Shown piece after piece: positions 1 to 11,228 of a DNA stretch of 64,000 nt (within the stretch, counting starts at the first letter, position 1; every line of letters starts with the position of its first letter). The translations under genes were made by a program, and so were the position numbers. The notes under the pieces were generated by a model, which worked only from the letters and a program-made list of their open reading frames with translations, did not search any database and had not been told where the DNA came from. The stretch comes from Nitrososphaeria archaeon (lineage in GTDB: Archaea; Thermoproteota; Nitrososphaeria; JACIWG01), in the NCBI GenBank assembly GCA_963752255.1, contig CAVVXT010000019.1:448001-512000 (forward strand). Reading direction: 5' to 3'.

Positions 1-234
1 TCGTACATTCTTATAACAACAGAGGATGGGGGCGAAAAGGCTCCCTGGATATATCAATTTGCTGGCTTTAACCAAACCCAATATGTTCAGCCTTCATCGT
101 TAACATTTAATCCACAAGACTACACGGATTTAGGACAGCAGACGATGATTTTTAGGCTCTTAAACGGTACAAGTATAGGAGGCTTTACTCAAGTGTATTC
201 TGACGACAATGTTAAAATCTTCAAACTAAATTAA
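1..234 (+). CDS. 3' end of a CDS truncated by the window edge; possibly the C-terminal soluble domain of an AglB/STT3-like glycosyltransferase
   Basis: Frame 1 is open from base 1 to TAA at 232-234 (SYILITTEDGGEKAPWIYQFAG...FTQVYSDDNVKIFKLN). The resemblance to AglB C-termini is by eye only. Confidence 0.35.
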   Translation, partial: SYILITTEDGGEKAPWIYQFAGFNQTQYVQPSSLTFNPQDYTDLGQQTMIFRLLNGTSIGGFTQVYSDDNVKIFKLN

Positions 235-473
235 GTATCCAGTTTCTAATGTTAATTCAAAAATTTTTGCAAAACGTGAAAAGGACGATAATAATGTTAA
301 GTAAAATATGTATGATAAACCTGAAATCGAAAAAATATCAAAATCTCTCTTCGGACATTAAACCAATGTTTGCGCGTATTGCTGTTATCCAGATCTTCAT
401 CTTAAGATTAAGAACTTATATTCCATCTGGAAATACAGAAATGATAGGTTCGTAGAAGTTGCACTTCCTCGAA

Positions 474-2468
474 TTAATATTGATGCTGCCATAGTTTATG
501 GTAGGTTTCCGGTTCTTGCCAACTCATCAGAAACGTCTTTTGAGACCTATAAGACTCTAGTTTATCTTTGGTAGGCCATCCTTTTGCCTTGTCCCATCCT
601 CTCCTTTCATAGTAATTGTCCAGTAACGTACCGAATTTAGCTTGGTCGAGTGTTTGAATTTCATCGGCATGCACAGATTTTTGCTCCTTAAAGTATCTAA
701 TGACGCTTTCGTCGTCAGTTCTTGTCCTTCCTTGTCTGACATGGAGCGATCTCAGGACGTTTATGCATCTTTCCGCTGAATTTAGCATGTCATCGAGAGT
801 ATAATTTTGTCCTGTTACTGCGTTGAATAATCTTACTTCCGCTTCGTAGTCTCCTACTTTATCTGGTGTCGCTGTTGACCATGTCATGGGGAACATCCAG
901 TCACACACCGGAAGACTTGTCTTCATCATACTTCTGTGCTGGTGATATATTACAACAATTTCCTTGTCCTTATAACCTAGGTCAGCGTCATTCTTCCATC
1001 CTGTGAAAGCATCTTCCGTACCATATACCTTCTCACCTATCACCTTAAGCTGCTCATACGATATGGGTCCTCCACTCCATTCTCTGACTGCGTTGAAGTA
1101 GTTCTCGACACAGCAGTGTGTCGAATTGTTAGGATATCTCCCCCACGTACTCCATAGAAGAGCAGCTATCACCCAAAGTGGATAGTTGATCATATGCAGG
1201 TACCTTCCATCCCAGTGTGGACCGTAGCCGTGCTTGTGAGTCTTCCATGCTTCATCTTGGATACCTAGCTTTTCCTCTGCTCTAGGGGACCCTTCTGCAA
1301 ATATATCTCCATCTCCGTCTCTGTAGGCTATTGCCTTGATAAATTTGGCAGCTAGCTCCGGTGGAAGGCCCACTGAGAACGGATTTTTGTTCAAGCTCAG
1401 CTTTTCTCCCATTAATTCAGAAAGCTTACCATCGTTGTAGCAGTTCTGAATAAACCAGCCCATTCCTGCAAAGAGCTCCCAATGGTTTATCCCGAGATAT
1501 TCAGCTAATTTGTTGAATTCAAAAGCTTCTTCATTATCGTTCTGGATATTGCCAACAAGGTTAGACGCATTACGGCCAATACAGTGCATATCGCCGGATA
1601 TCATACCAGTGCCAGTCCAACGTTGCTGAACGTCTTCATAATAATCAGGAAAAGAATCAGTGACACTCATGCACTCACCACAGCCTGTACAACCACTGTG
1701 CTTCCTAACGGTATACGTAGAATTGGTTTCTGATAATGGTCTCCTCATGAATGTTCCTTTAGGAGTTCCGTTTGCAAATTCAGCGGTGATCTTCTTCACC
1801 TCGTCTATTAGGACGTCTGGTTCGGCCACTCCAATCCTCTGATTGCCTTTGACTACTATAGCCTTTAGTTTCTTTGATCCCATAACTGCTCCGAACCCAC
1901 CTTGTCCAGAAGCATTCTCTGTTTTAGTTGTTATTATAGAAATTCTTACAAGATTTTCGCCAGCAGGCCCAATCGTCGCTATAGCAGAATCGAGGCCGTG
2001 TTTTTGGAGAAGTAATTGCTCGGCTTTTATGGTGTATAGTCCCCATATATATGAGGCATCAATTATTTCTGCAGTACCATCTTCCACATAGATGTATTTT
2101 GGCGCATTCGACCTGCCAACTATTAGTATCGCGTCATACCCTGAAAACTTCAATTTTGTAGCAAAGTCGCCTCCAAAGCCTGAGTCAGTGACCCAAGCAA
2201 CAGGATAGCTCTGAGGGGCGAGTCCAGCAACCTCACTTCTTCCAGCGGCGGGCGAAGGAGTTCCCGCAAGGGGACCTGTAGCAAGAACTAACGGCGCTTC
2301 TGGATCAAATTCACTCGGGAACTGTTTACCTGCAGTTTCATCCCATATCAGCTTTAATGCAAGACCATACCCGCCAATAAAGTCAGGGACATATTTACCA
2401 GTGCTGATTTCGCTTATGTCCCCGGAAGACAGGTCTATCCTCAGAACTTTGCCCATCCAGCCGTACAT
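474..2468 (-). CDS. Aldehyde:ferredoxin oxidoreductase (tungsten AOR/WOR family)
   Basis: N-terminal GWMGKVLRIDLS, TGPLAGT, SGFGG..KLKFSGYD, IGPAGEN, GGFGAVMGSKKLKAI, C-terminal YYERRGWD..GWPT. The last ~25 residues look frameshifted; an alternative frame reads KDVSDELARTGNLP*. Confidence 0.92.
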   Translation of the reverse strand: MYGWMGKVLRIDLSSGDISEISTGKYVPDFIGGYGLALKLIWDETAGKQFPSEFDPEAPLVLATGPLAGTPSPAAGRSEVAGLAPQSYPVAWVTDSGFGGDFATKLKFSGYDAILIVGRSNAPKYIYVEDGTAEIIDASYIWGLYTIKAEQLLLQKHGLDSAIATIGPAGENLVRISIITTKTENASGQGGFGAVMGSKKLKAIVVKGNQRIGVAEPDVLIDEVKKITAEFANGTPKGTFMRRPLSETNSTYTVRKHSGCTGCGECMSVTDSFPDYYEDVQQRWTGTGMISGDMHCIGRNASNLVGNIQNDNEEAFEFNKLAEYLGINHWELFAGMGWFIQNCYNDGKLSELMGEKLSLNKNPFSVGLPPELAAKFIKAIAYRDGDGDIFAEGSPRAEEKLGIQDEAWKTHKHGYGPHWDGRYLHMINYPLWVIAALLWSTWGRYPNNSTHCCVENYFNAVREWSGGPISYEQLKVIGEKVYGTEDAFTGWKNDADLGYKDKEIVVIYHQHRSMMKTSLPVCDWMFPMTWSTATPDKVGDYEAEVRLFNAVTGQNYTLDDMLNSAERCINVLRSLHVRQGRTRTDDESVIRYFKEQKSVHADEIQTLDQAKFGTLLDNYYERRGWDKAKGWPTKDKLESYRSQKTFLMSWQEPETYHKLWQHQY

Positions 2469-2470
2469 TT

Positions 2471-3145
2471 CTACTGTCTATCCTCCTTCTTCACAAAACT
2501 GATAGCTTTGTCACCGCTTACATTTGAGCATACTTCTACGCAGGCTGGCCCGTTCGGCCTATCCATGCAAAGATCACATTTGATAGAAACCTTTCTTTCT
2601 GTATCAAAATTTATTCTCGGATGAGTATAGGGGCACGCTCTGATACATGATTGGCATCCAATGCAGTTATCATCGTTAATATACCTAGCGCCTGTTACCT
2701 CATCGATTGAAAGAGCTAGGTCTTTTTTTGGGCAAGCCCAGTAACATAGAGGGCTGTCACACTGCTTGCAGAACATTGGTTCGAATGTTTCCTCCCCCAC
2801 GAACTCTTCTGTCCACATTATTCCAGAGAGTTGAAACGATATGGCGCCACCGTGGACTGATGCGCATGCGAGCACACACCTTTGGCAGCCAACACATCTT
2901 TCGGGTGAATATTCTATCACCCCGGCCTTTAAGAACTTCTGTGAGGGAACTGTCGAAGTTTCCGTGCTAATTGTTGTAGCAGTTACCGTCGTCGTAGCCA
3001 TCGCAGTTGTTGTGGTTGTAGATGCTGGAGGAGTCATGACTTTGGCTACACCAGCTGTAGCAGCGATACCAACAGCCGCTCCGACACCAAGACTTTTGAT
3101 AAAATTTCTTCTAGATGGTTTCTTTCCCTCCTCTTGCTCAGTCAT
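2471..3145 (-). CDS. Tat-signal 4Fe-4S polyferredoxin (DmsB/HybA-like), partner of the AOR
   Basis: SRRNFIK twin-arginine motif, hydrophobic helix, Thr-rich linker, then CVGCQRCVLAC, CKQCDSPLCYWAC, CIGCQSCIRAC and KCDLC..PACVEVC. Ends 2 nt before the AOR start. Confidence 0.88.
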   Translation of the reverse strand: MTEQEEGKKPSRRNFIKSLGVGAAVGIAATAGVAKVMTPPASTTTTTAMATTTVTATTISTETSTVPSQKFLKAGVIEYSPERCVGCQRCVLACASVHGGAISFQLSGIMWTEEFVGEETFEPMFCKQCDSPLCYWACPKKDLALSIDEVTGARYINDDNCIGCQSCIRACPYTHPRINFDTERKVSIKCDLCMDRPNGPACVEVCSNVSGDKAISFVKKEDRQ

Positions 3146-3232
3146 GCCAATATCTTGTTTAGGTTTCAGACATACCTCTTAAAAGTATATCGGAAGGCCT
3201 ATCTTTAAACGAATGCGAGTTAAAGGATTAAA

Positions 3233-3883
3233 TCAGAAATCTGTACGAATTCTCGAAGGATGGGTATAGACACTCAGATATTGTCGTTTAACACAGACTA
3301 GTGTTATATGCATTTCTTTCGCCGAATCTATACCGGATTGAAGTGGAGCGACAAGCGAAACAACGATGACTACACCCACTTTTGATGCCTTCGATATTGT
3401 ACTCCTCTGTTGCCTACAAGAGGCGAACAGGATACATGTGGATAAGTCGACTTTTTTCAGTAACCCTTCACCTAAAGCCTTGTCTATTGCATTATGCCTG
3501 CCAACGTCTTCCACAAATGATACGATTTCGCCGTCGATCTTAACCAGAGCTGCAAAATGAGTGCCATGAGTTGCCTGGTAAACTTTTCCTTTTTTACTGA
3601 GCTCATTCGCAATTCTAGCTATTTCTTTAGCTTCAACCATCATCATCGAATCCGTAGATGCACTCGAAGAATATCTGGTTCGCTCAGTACGAACTTTAAT
3701 CAGTCTGACATCAGCTCGAGATCTGTTCACCAAAACTTTTTTTATTTCGTCAATCTTTTCAATCATGCCTTCAGCCATAATATGACCAAAAACAAACGCC
3801 TTCTTCTTCCCAGGGGTGATCATTGTAGAAAAAATGTGTTTGCCATTTACATAGATTGAAAAGGGTTTTTCAACGGCTATCAT
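3233..3883 (-). CDS. fdhD: FdhD/NarQ family sulfurtransferase (Mo/W-enzyme accessory protein)
   Basis: IAVEKP.SIYVNG, THGTHFAA, EDVGRHNAIDKALG. The frame stays open ~26 codons upstream without a start codon, so the true start may be lost to an indel. Confidence 0.8.
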   Translation of the reverse strand: MIAVEKPFSIYVNGKHIFSTMITPGKKKAFVFGHIMAEGMIEKIDEIKKVLVNRSRADVRLIKVRTERTRYSSSASTDSMMMVEAKEIARIANELSKKGKVYQATHGTHFAALVKIDGEIVSFVEDVGRHNAIDKALGEGLLKKVDLSTCILFASCRQQRSTISKASKVGVVIVVSLVAPLQSGIDSAKEMHITLVCVKRQYLSVYTHPSRIRTDF

Positions 3884-3967
3884 TTCATATGTAGTACGAA
3901 CTTTCTTCTTTTTAAGGTCAATTCTTAGAACCTGTTTCTTGAAAGTTGTTGATGACGTAAAACATCA

Positions 3968-4006
3968 CATGCCTTTTAATGTTGAAGGCATGCTACTATA
4001 ATTAAA
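3968..4006 (-). promoter_or_regulatory. TATA box plus downstream inverted repeat (putative operator) for the fdhD-FeS-AOR operon
   Basis: Minus-strand TTTAATTA at 4006-3999, followed by CATGCCTT-N9-AAGGCATG at 3968-3992. Confidence 0.45.
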
Positions 4007-4208
4007 CCTTTAATTGGATTAACCGAACATAGTTTATCGAATAACTAGAGAACAAATGAAATTTTGATATTAATTTAATGGCTTGGTATACTTTCCAGTA
4101 TTATTAATACTGGTCCTACCTAAAATTCTATATCTATATATTACATTATGTAACTTAAAATAAAAGTGTAGGATAGATAGCTTCTAGTCTAGCCTTATGT
4201 TGCGTGTT

Positions 4209-5420
4209 CTATTTTGGTACATCGGAGTTTTCGGGTCCGAAGTGTTTGAGGATAACAAGATTCTCCTTACTGCTTTTGTTCTCTATCTTGATGCCATCCT
4301 TTGCGGCTCCGATTGTAACAAACAGTTCATCGTTTGTCATTTCTCCATATCTTATCATTGTGGGAGACTCTACTTCAAAACCCCCAAATGTTCCATGCCC
4401 CTGCACGACGATCAGTCCATAGGCTGCGCTGTCCTTGATCTTAACGGACTTCATCGGTAGAACGGTGAGTTCCTTTGCAGAAAAAAGCTCTGTGCCGTAT
4501 GTAACCCAATTTTCTAAATAGCCTTCTTCCTGCATTTCCCTTGTATTTCTAACCGGTTTTGGCTCTACATAGTGATGTTCCTTGAAATTCTGATCGAGGT
4601 TGACCTCCCAGTCGATCAAGTCTATGACATAATCTAGATCCTTCTGATGATCTATTGGCACATCCTTTATCACATTGTTCCATGGAACCAGCATGTCTTC
4701 AACCTTCGACTGATACATGGAAGCCACATCTGACCCCCACTGAGGCTCATAGGTCACCAAGGTTCCTGGCGCGTGCAGTATGCCTGCTGGAATCACCCAT
4801 CCAGTTCCCGGAGTTATCGTATAAGCTCTCGAATAATTTAGTACACCATTGTCACCCTTATTCCACCTCTGAAGACATCTTTTAATGTCCGCTTTTGTCG
4901 TGCCAGGATTTAGTCCGAAGAACGTGTACGGAAAACGGCCGGGTATAGCATTCAACTGTGGTGGAAAGTAGTATGCTTCAGGTTTCGGCTGTCTACCCAC
5001 CTTTAGAGCATGCTCTTCTCTTAAATGTAAATGGAAAGGTATCGCGTACAGGTAGTCGTAGAACTTTGAAAAGATAGGCCAGCCCTTATACTTCCTAAAC
5101 ATCGCTTTTCCAATGAAAGTCTCGCCATCGAAGCCGACGGCGTCCTTAAACAGAATCTTATTAAACGCTGATCCTTCTTTAATTACGATGTAGCTCATGC
5201 CTTCGTCTTCAGGCGTTCCAGGCCCATTGTCTGCCCTTGCTGCGGAAGCGAACCATCTTTCACAGAAGCCGCCTCTTCCAACGCCTAAGGCGAAGAGGTC
5301 TTGGGGCGCAAGCTTCATTCTTCCTCCTGGTGGTGATGTTCTGGGGACCCACGCCGGCGCCAACCTTACAATTCCTGCTCCTTCTTCAAGAGCCTTTTTG
5401 ACAAATTTTTCTTTGCTCAT
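4209..5420 (-). CDS. Cupin-fold mannose-6-phosphate isomerase-like protein
   Basis: PFHLH, KPEAYYF and PAGILHAPG..TYEPQ metal-binding motifs of the class I PMI-like cupin type. Confidence 0.6.
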   Translation of the reverse strand: MSKEKFVKKALEEGAGIVRLAPAWVPRTSPPGGRMKLAPQDLFALGVGRGGFCERWFASAARADNGPGTPEDEGMSYIVIKEGSAFNKILFKDAVGFDGETFIGKAMFRKYKGWPIFSKFYDYLYAIPFHLHLREEHALKVGRQPKPEAYYFPPQLNAIPGRFPYTFFGLNPGTTKADIKRCLQRWNKGDNGVLNYSRAYTITPGTGWVIPAGILHAPGTLVTYEPQWGSDVASMYQSKVEDMLVPWNNVIKDVPIDHQKDLDYVIDLIDWEVNLDQNFKEHHYVEPKPVRNTREMQEEGYLENWVTYGTELFSAKELTVLPMKSVKIKDSAAYGLIVVQGHGTFGGFEVESPTMIRYGEMTNDELFVTIGAAKDGIKIENKSSKENLVILKHFGPENSDVPK

Positions 5421-5645
5421 AATCGTCTCAATATCTTTGGAGCCATGAAGAATATAAGGATTTATCTTATTACGCAGGCTTCTACGATGTAGAATGTTTG
5501 CATAAACGATGACGGAACATTTTGAAGCCGTTTTAACAGATCGAAATAGAAAGCGCTTAAACTTCTCAGTCCTTACTATTTTTTAATGTCAATCTCTCAG
5601 TTATCAAGGTAAAACTTTTTAGAAGTAAAACCCGAGCTTTTCTCC

Positions 5646-6395
5646 ATGGCGTACCATAGAACCAACTATCAGAAAATTGAATCAAAAGCTTCCAAAAATG
5701 GTATCGTTATATTTATAGATCTTGATGGCACCCTAATGAAATTCCCTTTCAAACGCAAGGTCTTACCCTTTGTACTTCAAGAGTTTTCTAAAAGGACTAA
5801 GACAAGTTCAGAGAAAATAAGGAGCATTATGATTAAGGAAGAAATTATGAGGGAAAGAAACCTGAGCGACAAACGGTACGATTGGGATGATATAGTTAAA
5901 AAGGTCGCCCAAAGGCTTGGAACAAGCTGGAGTTTAGACTTAGGCAAGCTCGCAGAGGAGTTGACTCTATCAAACGGCTTTTTATTTCCCCGTGCAAAAC
6001 AGACGCTTAGGACACTCAAGAAGATGGGATATGTTCTATGCGCGGCAACAAACGGCTTCTTCAAGTACCAGAATCCCATTATGGAGAAACTCGATTTAAA
6101 AAAGTATTTTGACTATATATTAACACCCGAGCCGACTTGTTATTATAAGAATGAGATTGAATATTTCAGACCCTTCATTTCCAAGGGAATGCAGTCGGTC
6201 ATGGTTGGAGACGAGTATGTCTACGATGTTTATTATCCCAAGAGATTCGGCCTAAAAGCTATACTGCTGCGGAATCCTCAGAATTATAAATGGAATACTG
6301 AAGCAGCTGCTCCGGCAGACAGTGATAAAGTAAAACCGGATGCAGTAATCAATGATATCTCCGAACTACCTGCAGCATTAGAATCAATAGTGTAA
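5646..6395 (+). CDS. HAD-superfamily hydrolase
   Basis: IDLDGTL motif I, ATNG motif II, MVGD...D motif IV. Confidence 0.85.
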   Translation: MAYHRTNYQKIESKASKNGIVIFIDLDGTLMKFPFKRKVLPFVLQEFSKRTKTSSEKIRSIMIKEEIMRERNLSDKRYDWDDIVKKVAQRLGTSWSLDLGKLAEELTLSNGFLFPRAKQTLRTLKKMGYVLCAATNGFFKYQNPIMEKLDLKKYFDYILTPEPTCYYKNEIEYFRPFISKGMQSVMVGDEYVYDVYYPKRFGLKAILLRNPQNYKWNTEAAAPADSDKVKPDAVINDISELPAALESIV

Positions 6396-6530
6396 CGCTC
6401 AGCTCCATATGGCGACTTGCAGAAATCTTTGACTAGGGTATCAAATTTCGCATCTTTAGAATCTGATTATATACAGAAAGTTTTAATTATCTTTGTGAAT
6501 ATGATACTTGATATAAGGTAAGGTTCGAAA

Positions 6531-7422
6531 ATGGAAACTAAAATTGGATTCATAGGTTTAGGGTTAATGGGAAAACCAATGGCAACAAACTTGATCAAAG
6601 CAGGCTACTCATTGACGGTTTGGAACAGAACTTTTCAAAAATGGATGAAATCTTAGCTCTAAATGCTAAGGGAGCAGGTTCCCCTAAAGAGGTGGCCGAA
6701 AAAACTGATGTTGTAATAACGATGTTAACAGACTCCCCTGACGTAGAAGAGGTCATACTCGGCCCAAGCGGTGTGATAAGGGGGGTCAGAAATGGGGTTG
6801 TTGTCATAGACATGAGCACAATTTCTCCAAAGGTCACAAAAAAGGTAGCGGAAAGGTTGTTAGAAAAAGGTGTGGAAATGCTCGATGCCCCAGTTACTGG
6901 CGGTCAAATCGGGGCGATAAATGCTACGCTTTCTATTATGGTTGGAGGAAACGAAAAGGTCTTCCAAAAATGTCTTCCAATCCTCCAGGCTCTGGGAAAA
7001 AAAGTAACTTACATGGGTGCACATGGAAACGGCCAAATAGCTAAGCTCTGCAACCAGATAATGTGTGTTCTAAACATCCAAGGCGTATGTGAAGGACTTA
7101 TGTTAGGCGCTAAGGCGGGAATAGACCTTAACAAGCTGATCGAAGTATTGACAGGTGGCGCGGCAAACTCTTGGCAACTTGCAAACCAAGGTCCAAAGAT
7201 CGTAAAAGGGGACCTAGAACTAGGATTTAAGATGAAAACCCAGCAAAAGGACCTAAGACTAGTGCTTGAAACAGCCTCTGAACTTGATCTTCCACTGCCT
7301 GGAACGGCTTTAGTGAACCAGATCTTTAGGATCGCTGAAGCTGAAGGTCTAGGGAAAAGGGTACACAGGCAGCGATCAAATCAATGGAAAAGATTTCAGG
7401 GTACAGGATAACACCATCGTAA
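6531..7422 (+). CDS. 2-hydroxy-3-oxopropionate reductase / 3-hydroxyisobutyrate dehydrogenase family (two apparent frameshifts)
   Basis: ATG at 6531 gives [25 protein letters not shown], which shifts near 6632 into ORF 6620-7411 ([13 protein letters not shown]). A second shift near 7355 restores [20 protein letters not shown]. Confidence 0.85.
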
Positions 7423-7558
7423 CCTGCAAACGGCATCCCATGATTCTGTGCAGAATGTTAACCTCCGCACTTACAAATTAATATCTGACCTTTTTCTAAA
7501 GGAGTGAAAAATATATATCTAAGTCACTTAGCGCTCTATTACTTGCGTGATAAATTTT

Positions 7559-8107
7559 ATGAGTGATGAAAAGCAGGTGCCAGAAGAAACGAGTCACGAG
7601 ACAGAAAAGATAATTCAAGAACTTGAAGAAGAAAAGAAACTCTGCGGAGAATATCTAACGCGCCTTAAATATCTGCAAGCTGATTTTGATAACTACAGAA
7701 AGAGGGTTGAAAGACAACTTGAGGATATTAAAAGATACTCCAACGAACGCTTTGTAATTGAGATGCTCGAAGTAGTCGATGAGTTAGAAATAGCCGTCAA
7801 AGCTGGCCAAGATTCGAACTCCACGAAAGTATTGATCGAAGGGGTTGAGATGACTCTTAAAAAAATACAGAAGATTTTAATAAATGAGAACGTTAGGCCC
7901 GTAGAGTGTCTCGGAAAGCCTTTTGATCCATCCAAGTGCAACGCAATCGCTACAGTTGAGAAGGAAGACGTAGAGGAAGGCGTTGTTGTGGAGGAAATCA
8001 GAAAAGGATATATCATGAACGATAAGATAATAAGGCCGAGTATTGTTAAGGTAACAATTAAGCCAGGTGTAAAAAAAGATGAAATTAAAGGTGATTTAAA
8101 TGAGTAA
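7559..8107 (+). CDS. grpE: Nucleotide exchange factor GrpE
   Basis: [29 protein letters not shown]; lies immediately before dnaK. Confidence 0.95.
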   Translation: MSDEKQVPEETSHETEKIIQELEEEKKLCGEYLTRLKYLQADFDNYRKRVERQLEDIKRYSNERFVIEMLEVVDELEIAVKAGQDSNSTKVLIEGVEMTLKKIQKILINENVRPVECLGKPFDPSKCNAIATVEKEDVEEGVVVEEIRKGYIMNDKIIRPSIVKVTIKPGVKKDEIKGDLNE

Positions 8108-9965
8108 AGTTCAGACAAGCGAAAAAGTTATTGGAATAGATTTGGGAACAACAAATTCAGCGGCAGCGACCTTCGAAGGCGGCAGAGCAACGGTGATTCC
8201 AAGCGTTGAAGGCCCTTCAGCTTCAGGAAAGATGTTTCCGTCTGTTGTGGCATTCACAAAAGACGGGCAACTTCTTGTAGGAGAGTCAGCTAAAAGACAG
8301 GCCACTGCAAACCCTGAGGGAACGATATTTGAGATAAAGAGAAAAATGGGTACAGACTATAAGGTTAGAATTTACGGAAAAGAGTACACGCCTCAACAGA
8401 TTTCTGCTTTTATACTGCAGAAGATAAAGAGGGACACGGAAACATTCCTAGGAATGCCAGTAAAAAAGGCAGTCATCACAGTACCAGCCCACTTTAATGA
8501 CAACCAGAGACAGGCTACCAAAGATGCGGGGGAAATTGCAGGATTCGAAGTTCTCAGAATAATAAACGAGCCGACAGCAGCCTGCCTTGCATACGGTATC
8601 GACAAATTGGACAGAGATATGAAGATCTTAGTTTTTAGCTTCGGAGGCGGAACACACGATGTCACAGTAATGGACTTTGGAAAAGGCGTTTTCCAGGTTC
8701 TTTCCACAAGTGGGGATACTCAAACAGGCGGCACGGACATCGACCAGGCGTTGGTGGACTACGTAATTGAGGATTTCAAAAAACAGACGGGAGTCGATCT
8801 TAGATATGATAAAATGGCTGCTGCTCGACTTAAAGAAGCCTGTGAAAAGGCAAAGATAGAGCTGTCAACAATACTGAATACGGACATAGATCTGCCGTTT
8901 ATATATGCGGATTCATCAGGACCAAAGAACCTTCATATAACCATCTCAAGGGCCAAACTGGAGGAACTAGCCGATCCGATAGTCCAGAAGACAGGCCGAA
9001 CAATTACAAAGGCGCTTGACGACGCAAAATTAACATCGAAAGAAATAGACAAGATAATTCTCATAGGTGGAACTACCAGGATGCCGCTTGTGCAGAAATT
9101 TGTTGAAAAAGTGATCGGAAAAACTGTTGAGAGAGGCATTGACCCAATGGAGTGTGTAGCGGTTGGAGCAGCAATACAGGGCGCAGTGCTTTCAGGTGAA
9201 GTGAAAGATATCCTGCTTCTTGATGTCACCCCGCTTTCACTTGGTGTCGAAACCCTGGGAGGAGTTTTCAGCAAAATCATGGAAAAAAATACGACGATAC
9301 CTACCAAGAGAAGCCAGGTCTTTTCAACCGCTGCAGATTTCCAGACCGCTGTTACAATACATATCCTTCAGGGAGAAAGAGCGATGGCCGCCGATAATGT
9401 ATCTCTTGGAATGTTCAATCTTGAAGGAATAGCTCCTGCACCAAGGGGGGTGCCTCAGATAGAAGTAACATTTGACATAGATGCGAATGGGATACTCAAC
9501 GTTACCGCAAAGGACCTAGGAACTGGTAAAGAGGGGAAGATAACGATAACAGCTTCGACTAAACTTTCAAAGGAAACTAAGGAAAAGATGGTGAGAGAGG
9601 CTGAAGAGTTCGCCGAGCAGGACAAAAAGAAGAAGGAGGAAGTTGAAATAAGGAACGATTCCGAAGCTCTGATCTACACATCTGAAAAGACGAAGAAGGA
9701 TTTAGGGGAGAAGCTTAATCAACAGCAGAAGGATCAGATAGACAAAGCAGTTACCGAACTGAAAGAAGCTCTCGCAGGAAACGAAATTGATAAAATGAAA
9801 GAAAAGCAGGAGGGGCTAAGGAAGGTTCTGCAGGAAGTTGGGACAGTGATCTATCAACAGGCTGCTTCAGAATATGCAAAACAGCAGAAAGGACCTGAAG
9901 CGGGGACGCAAACTCAGGATAAAGATAAGGATAACACCGTTGACACAAGCTATACAGTAAAATAG
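8100..9965 (+). CDS. dnaK: Chaperone DnaK (Hsp70)
   Basis: [52 protein letters not shown]. Confidence 0.99.
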   Translation: MSKVQTSEKVIGIDLGTTNSAAATFEGGRATVIPSVEGPSASGKMFPSVVAFTKDGQLLVGESAKRQATANPEGTIFEIKRKMGTDYKVRIYGKEYTPQQISAFILQKIKRDTETFLGMPVKKAVITVPAHFNDNQRQATKDAGEIAGFEVLRIINEPTAACLAYGIDKLDRDMKILVFSFGGGTHDVTVMDFGKGVFQVLSTSGDTQTGGTDIDQALVDYVIEDFKKQTGVDLRYDKMAAARLKEACEKAKIELSTILNTDIDLPFIYADSSGPKNLHITISRAKLEELADPIVQKTGRTITKALDDAKLTSKEIDKIILIGGTTRMPLVQKFVEKVIGKTVERGIDPMECVAVGAAIQGAVLSGEVKDILLLDVTPLSLGVETLGGVFSKIMEKNTTIPTKRSQVFSTAADFQTAVTIHILQGERAMAADNVSLGMFNLEGIAPAPRGVPQIEVTFDIDANGILNVTAKDLGTGKEGKITITASTKLSKETKEKMVREAEEFAEQDKKKKEEVEIRNDSEALIYTSEKTKKDLGEKLNQQQKDQIDKAVTELKEALAGNEIDKMKEKQEGLRKVLQEVGTVIYQQAASEYAKQQKGPEAGTQTQDKDKDNTVDTSYTVK

Positions 9966-9997
9966 TTCTAGAACGTTAATAGTCCTAAGGCGGTGGC

Positions 9998-11128
9998 ATG
10001 TCCAACAAGAAAGACTACTATGAAGTACTCGGCGTGCAAAGGGGTACTACAAAGGACCAGATCAAAGATGCTTATAGAGAATTGGCCATGCAATACCATC
10101 CTGACAGGAACAAGTCACCTGGAGCAGAGGAAAAGTTCAAAGAAATTTCTGAAGCCTATGCTGTTCTATCAGACGATGAAAAACGCCAACAGTACGATAC
10201 GCTGGGCCACACCGGATTTGATCAAAGGTACAGCACGGAAGACATCTTCAGAGGAACGGATTTCGAATCGATCCTAAGAGACATGGGTTCTGGATTCGGA
10301 TTCGATAATATATTCGACATCTTCTTCGGAAGAGGAGGTGGTGGTTACGAAGGATCACCTATGAGAGGAAGAGACCTTTCAGTTGAACTCGAGGTAACAC
10401 TAGAGGAGACTGCAAAAGGTGTTGAAAAGGAGATAGAGATACCAAGAACTGAAAGGTGTGATGTATGCCGTGGTACGGGTGCAAGCCCAGGCACATCGCC
10501 GAAAACCTGTCCGACGTGCAGAGGGACCGGCCAAGTTCAGAAGGTGCGCTCAAGCGGCTTCGCTCGTTTTGTTCAGATATCGACATGCTCCACATGCAGG
10601 GGGGCAGGAAGAATAATCGAATCCCCTTGCAGGGAATGCAGAGGAACAGGCATGGTAAGGAAGATACGAAAGATTTCTGTAAGAGTACCTCCCGGAATAG
10701 ATGATGGCCAACAGCTGAGGCTCGAGGGCCAAGGAGATGTGTTACCCAACGGTGGAGCAGCAGGGGACTTATTTATACAGATTAAAATTGCGCCTCATAA
10801 ATACTTCCAAAGGGAAGGAGACAGCCTCTTATATGAGCTGTCAATCAGCTTTCCCCAAGCAGCGCTGGGAACAGAGGTATCAATTCCGACAATAGATGGG
10901 AGCATGTGGATAAAGATACCGGCTGGAACACAGCCTGGAACAGTAATGAAGCTGTCTGGAAAGGGCATGCCTAGATTGAATAGATACGGTCGAGGAGACC
11001 TGCTGGTTCACGTTGATGTATCTGTACCGAAGAGCCTTACTCAGCGTCAGAAAGAACTTCTACAGGAATTAAGCGGAGAATTCGGCCAAAATGTGGAAGA
11101 CAGGAGAAAAGGCTTTTTTAGATTCTAG
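9998..11128 (+). CDS. dnaJ: Chaperone DnaJ
   Basis: J domain with HPD, G/F-rich region, four CxxCxGxG repeats. Confidence 0.98.
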   Translation: MSNKKDYYEVLGVQRGTTKDQIKDAYRELAMQYHPDRNKSPGAEEKFKEISEAYAVLSDDEKRQQYDTLGHTGFDQRYSTEDIFRGTDFESILRDMGSGFGFDNIFDIFFGRGGGGYEGSPMRGRDLSVELEVTLEETAKGVEKEIEIPRTERCDVCRGTGASPGTSPKTCPTCRGTGQVQKVRSSGFARFVQISTCSTCRGAGRIIESPCRECRGTGMVRKIRKISVRVPPGIDDGQQLRLEGQGDVLPNGGAAGDLFIQIKIAPHKYFQREGDSLLYELSISFPQAALGTEVSIPTIDGSMWIKIPAGTQPGTVMKLSGKGMPRLNRYGRGDLLVHVDVSVPKSLTQRQKELLQELSGEFGQNVEDRRKGFFRF

Positions 11129-11228
11129 AGAGGCATCCTTATTCCCACAGCAAGAGTGACCTTTACCAATTTAAACTGACATTCCTAAAGCTTTAATATT
11201 GAAGAAATTTCAAAACGGTTGGGGCAAA

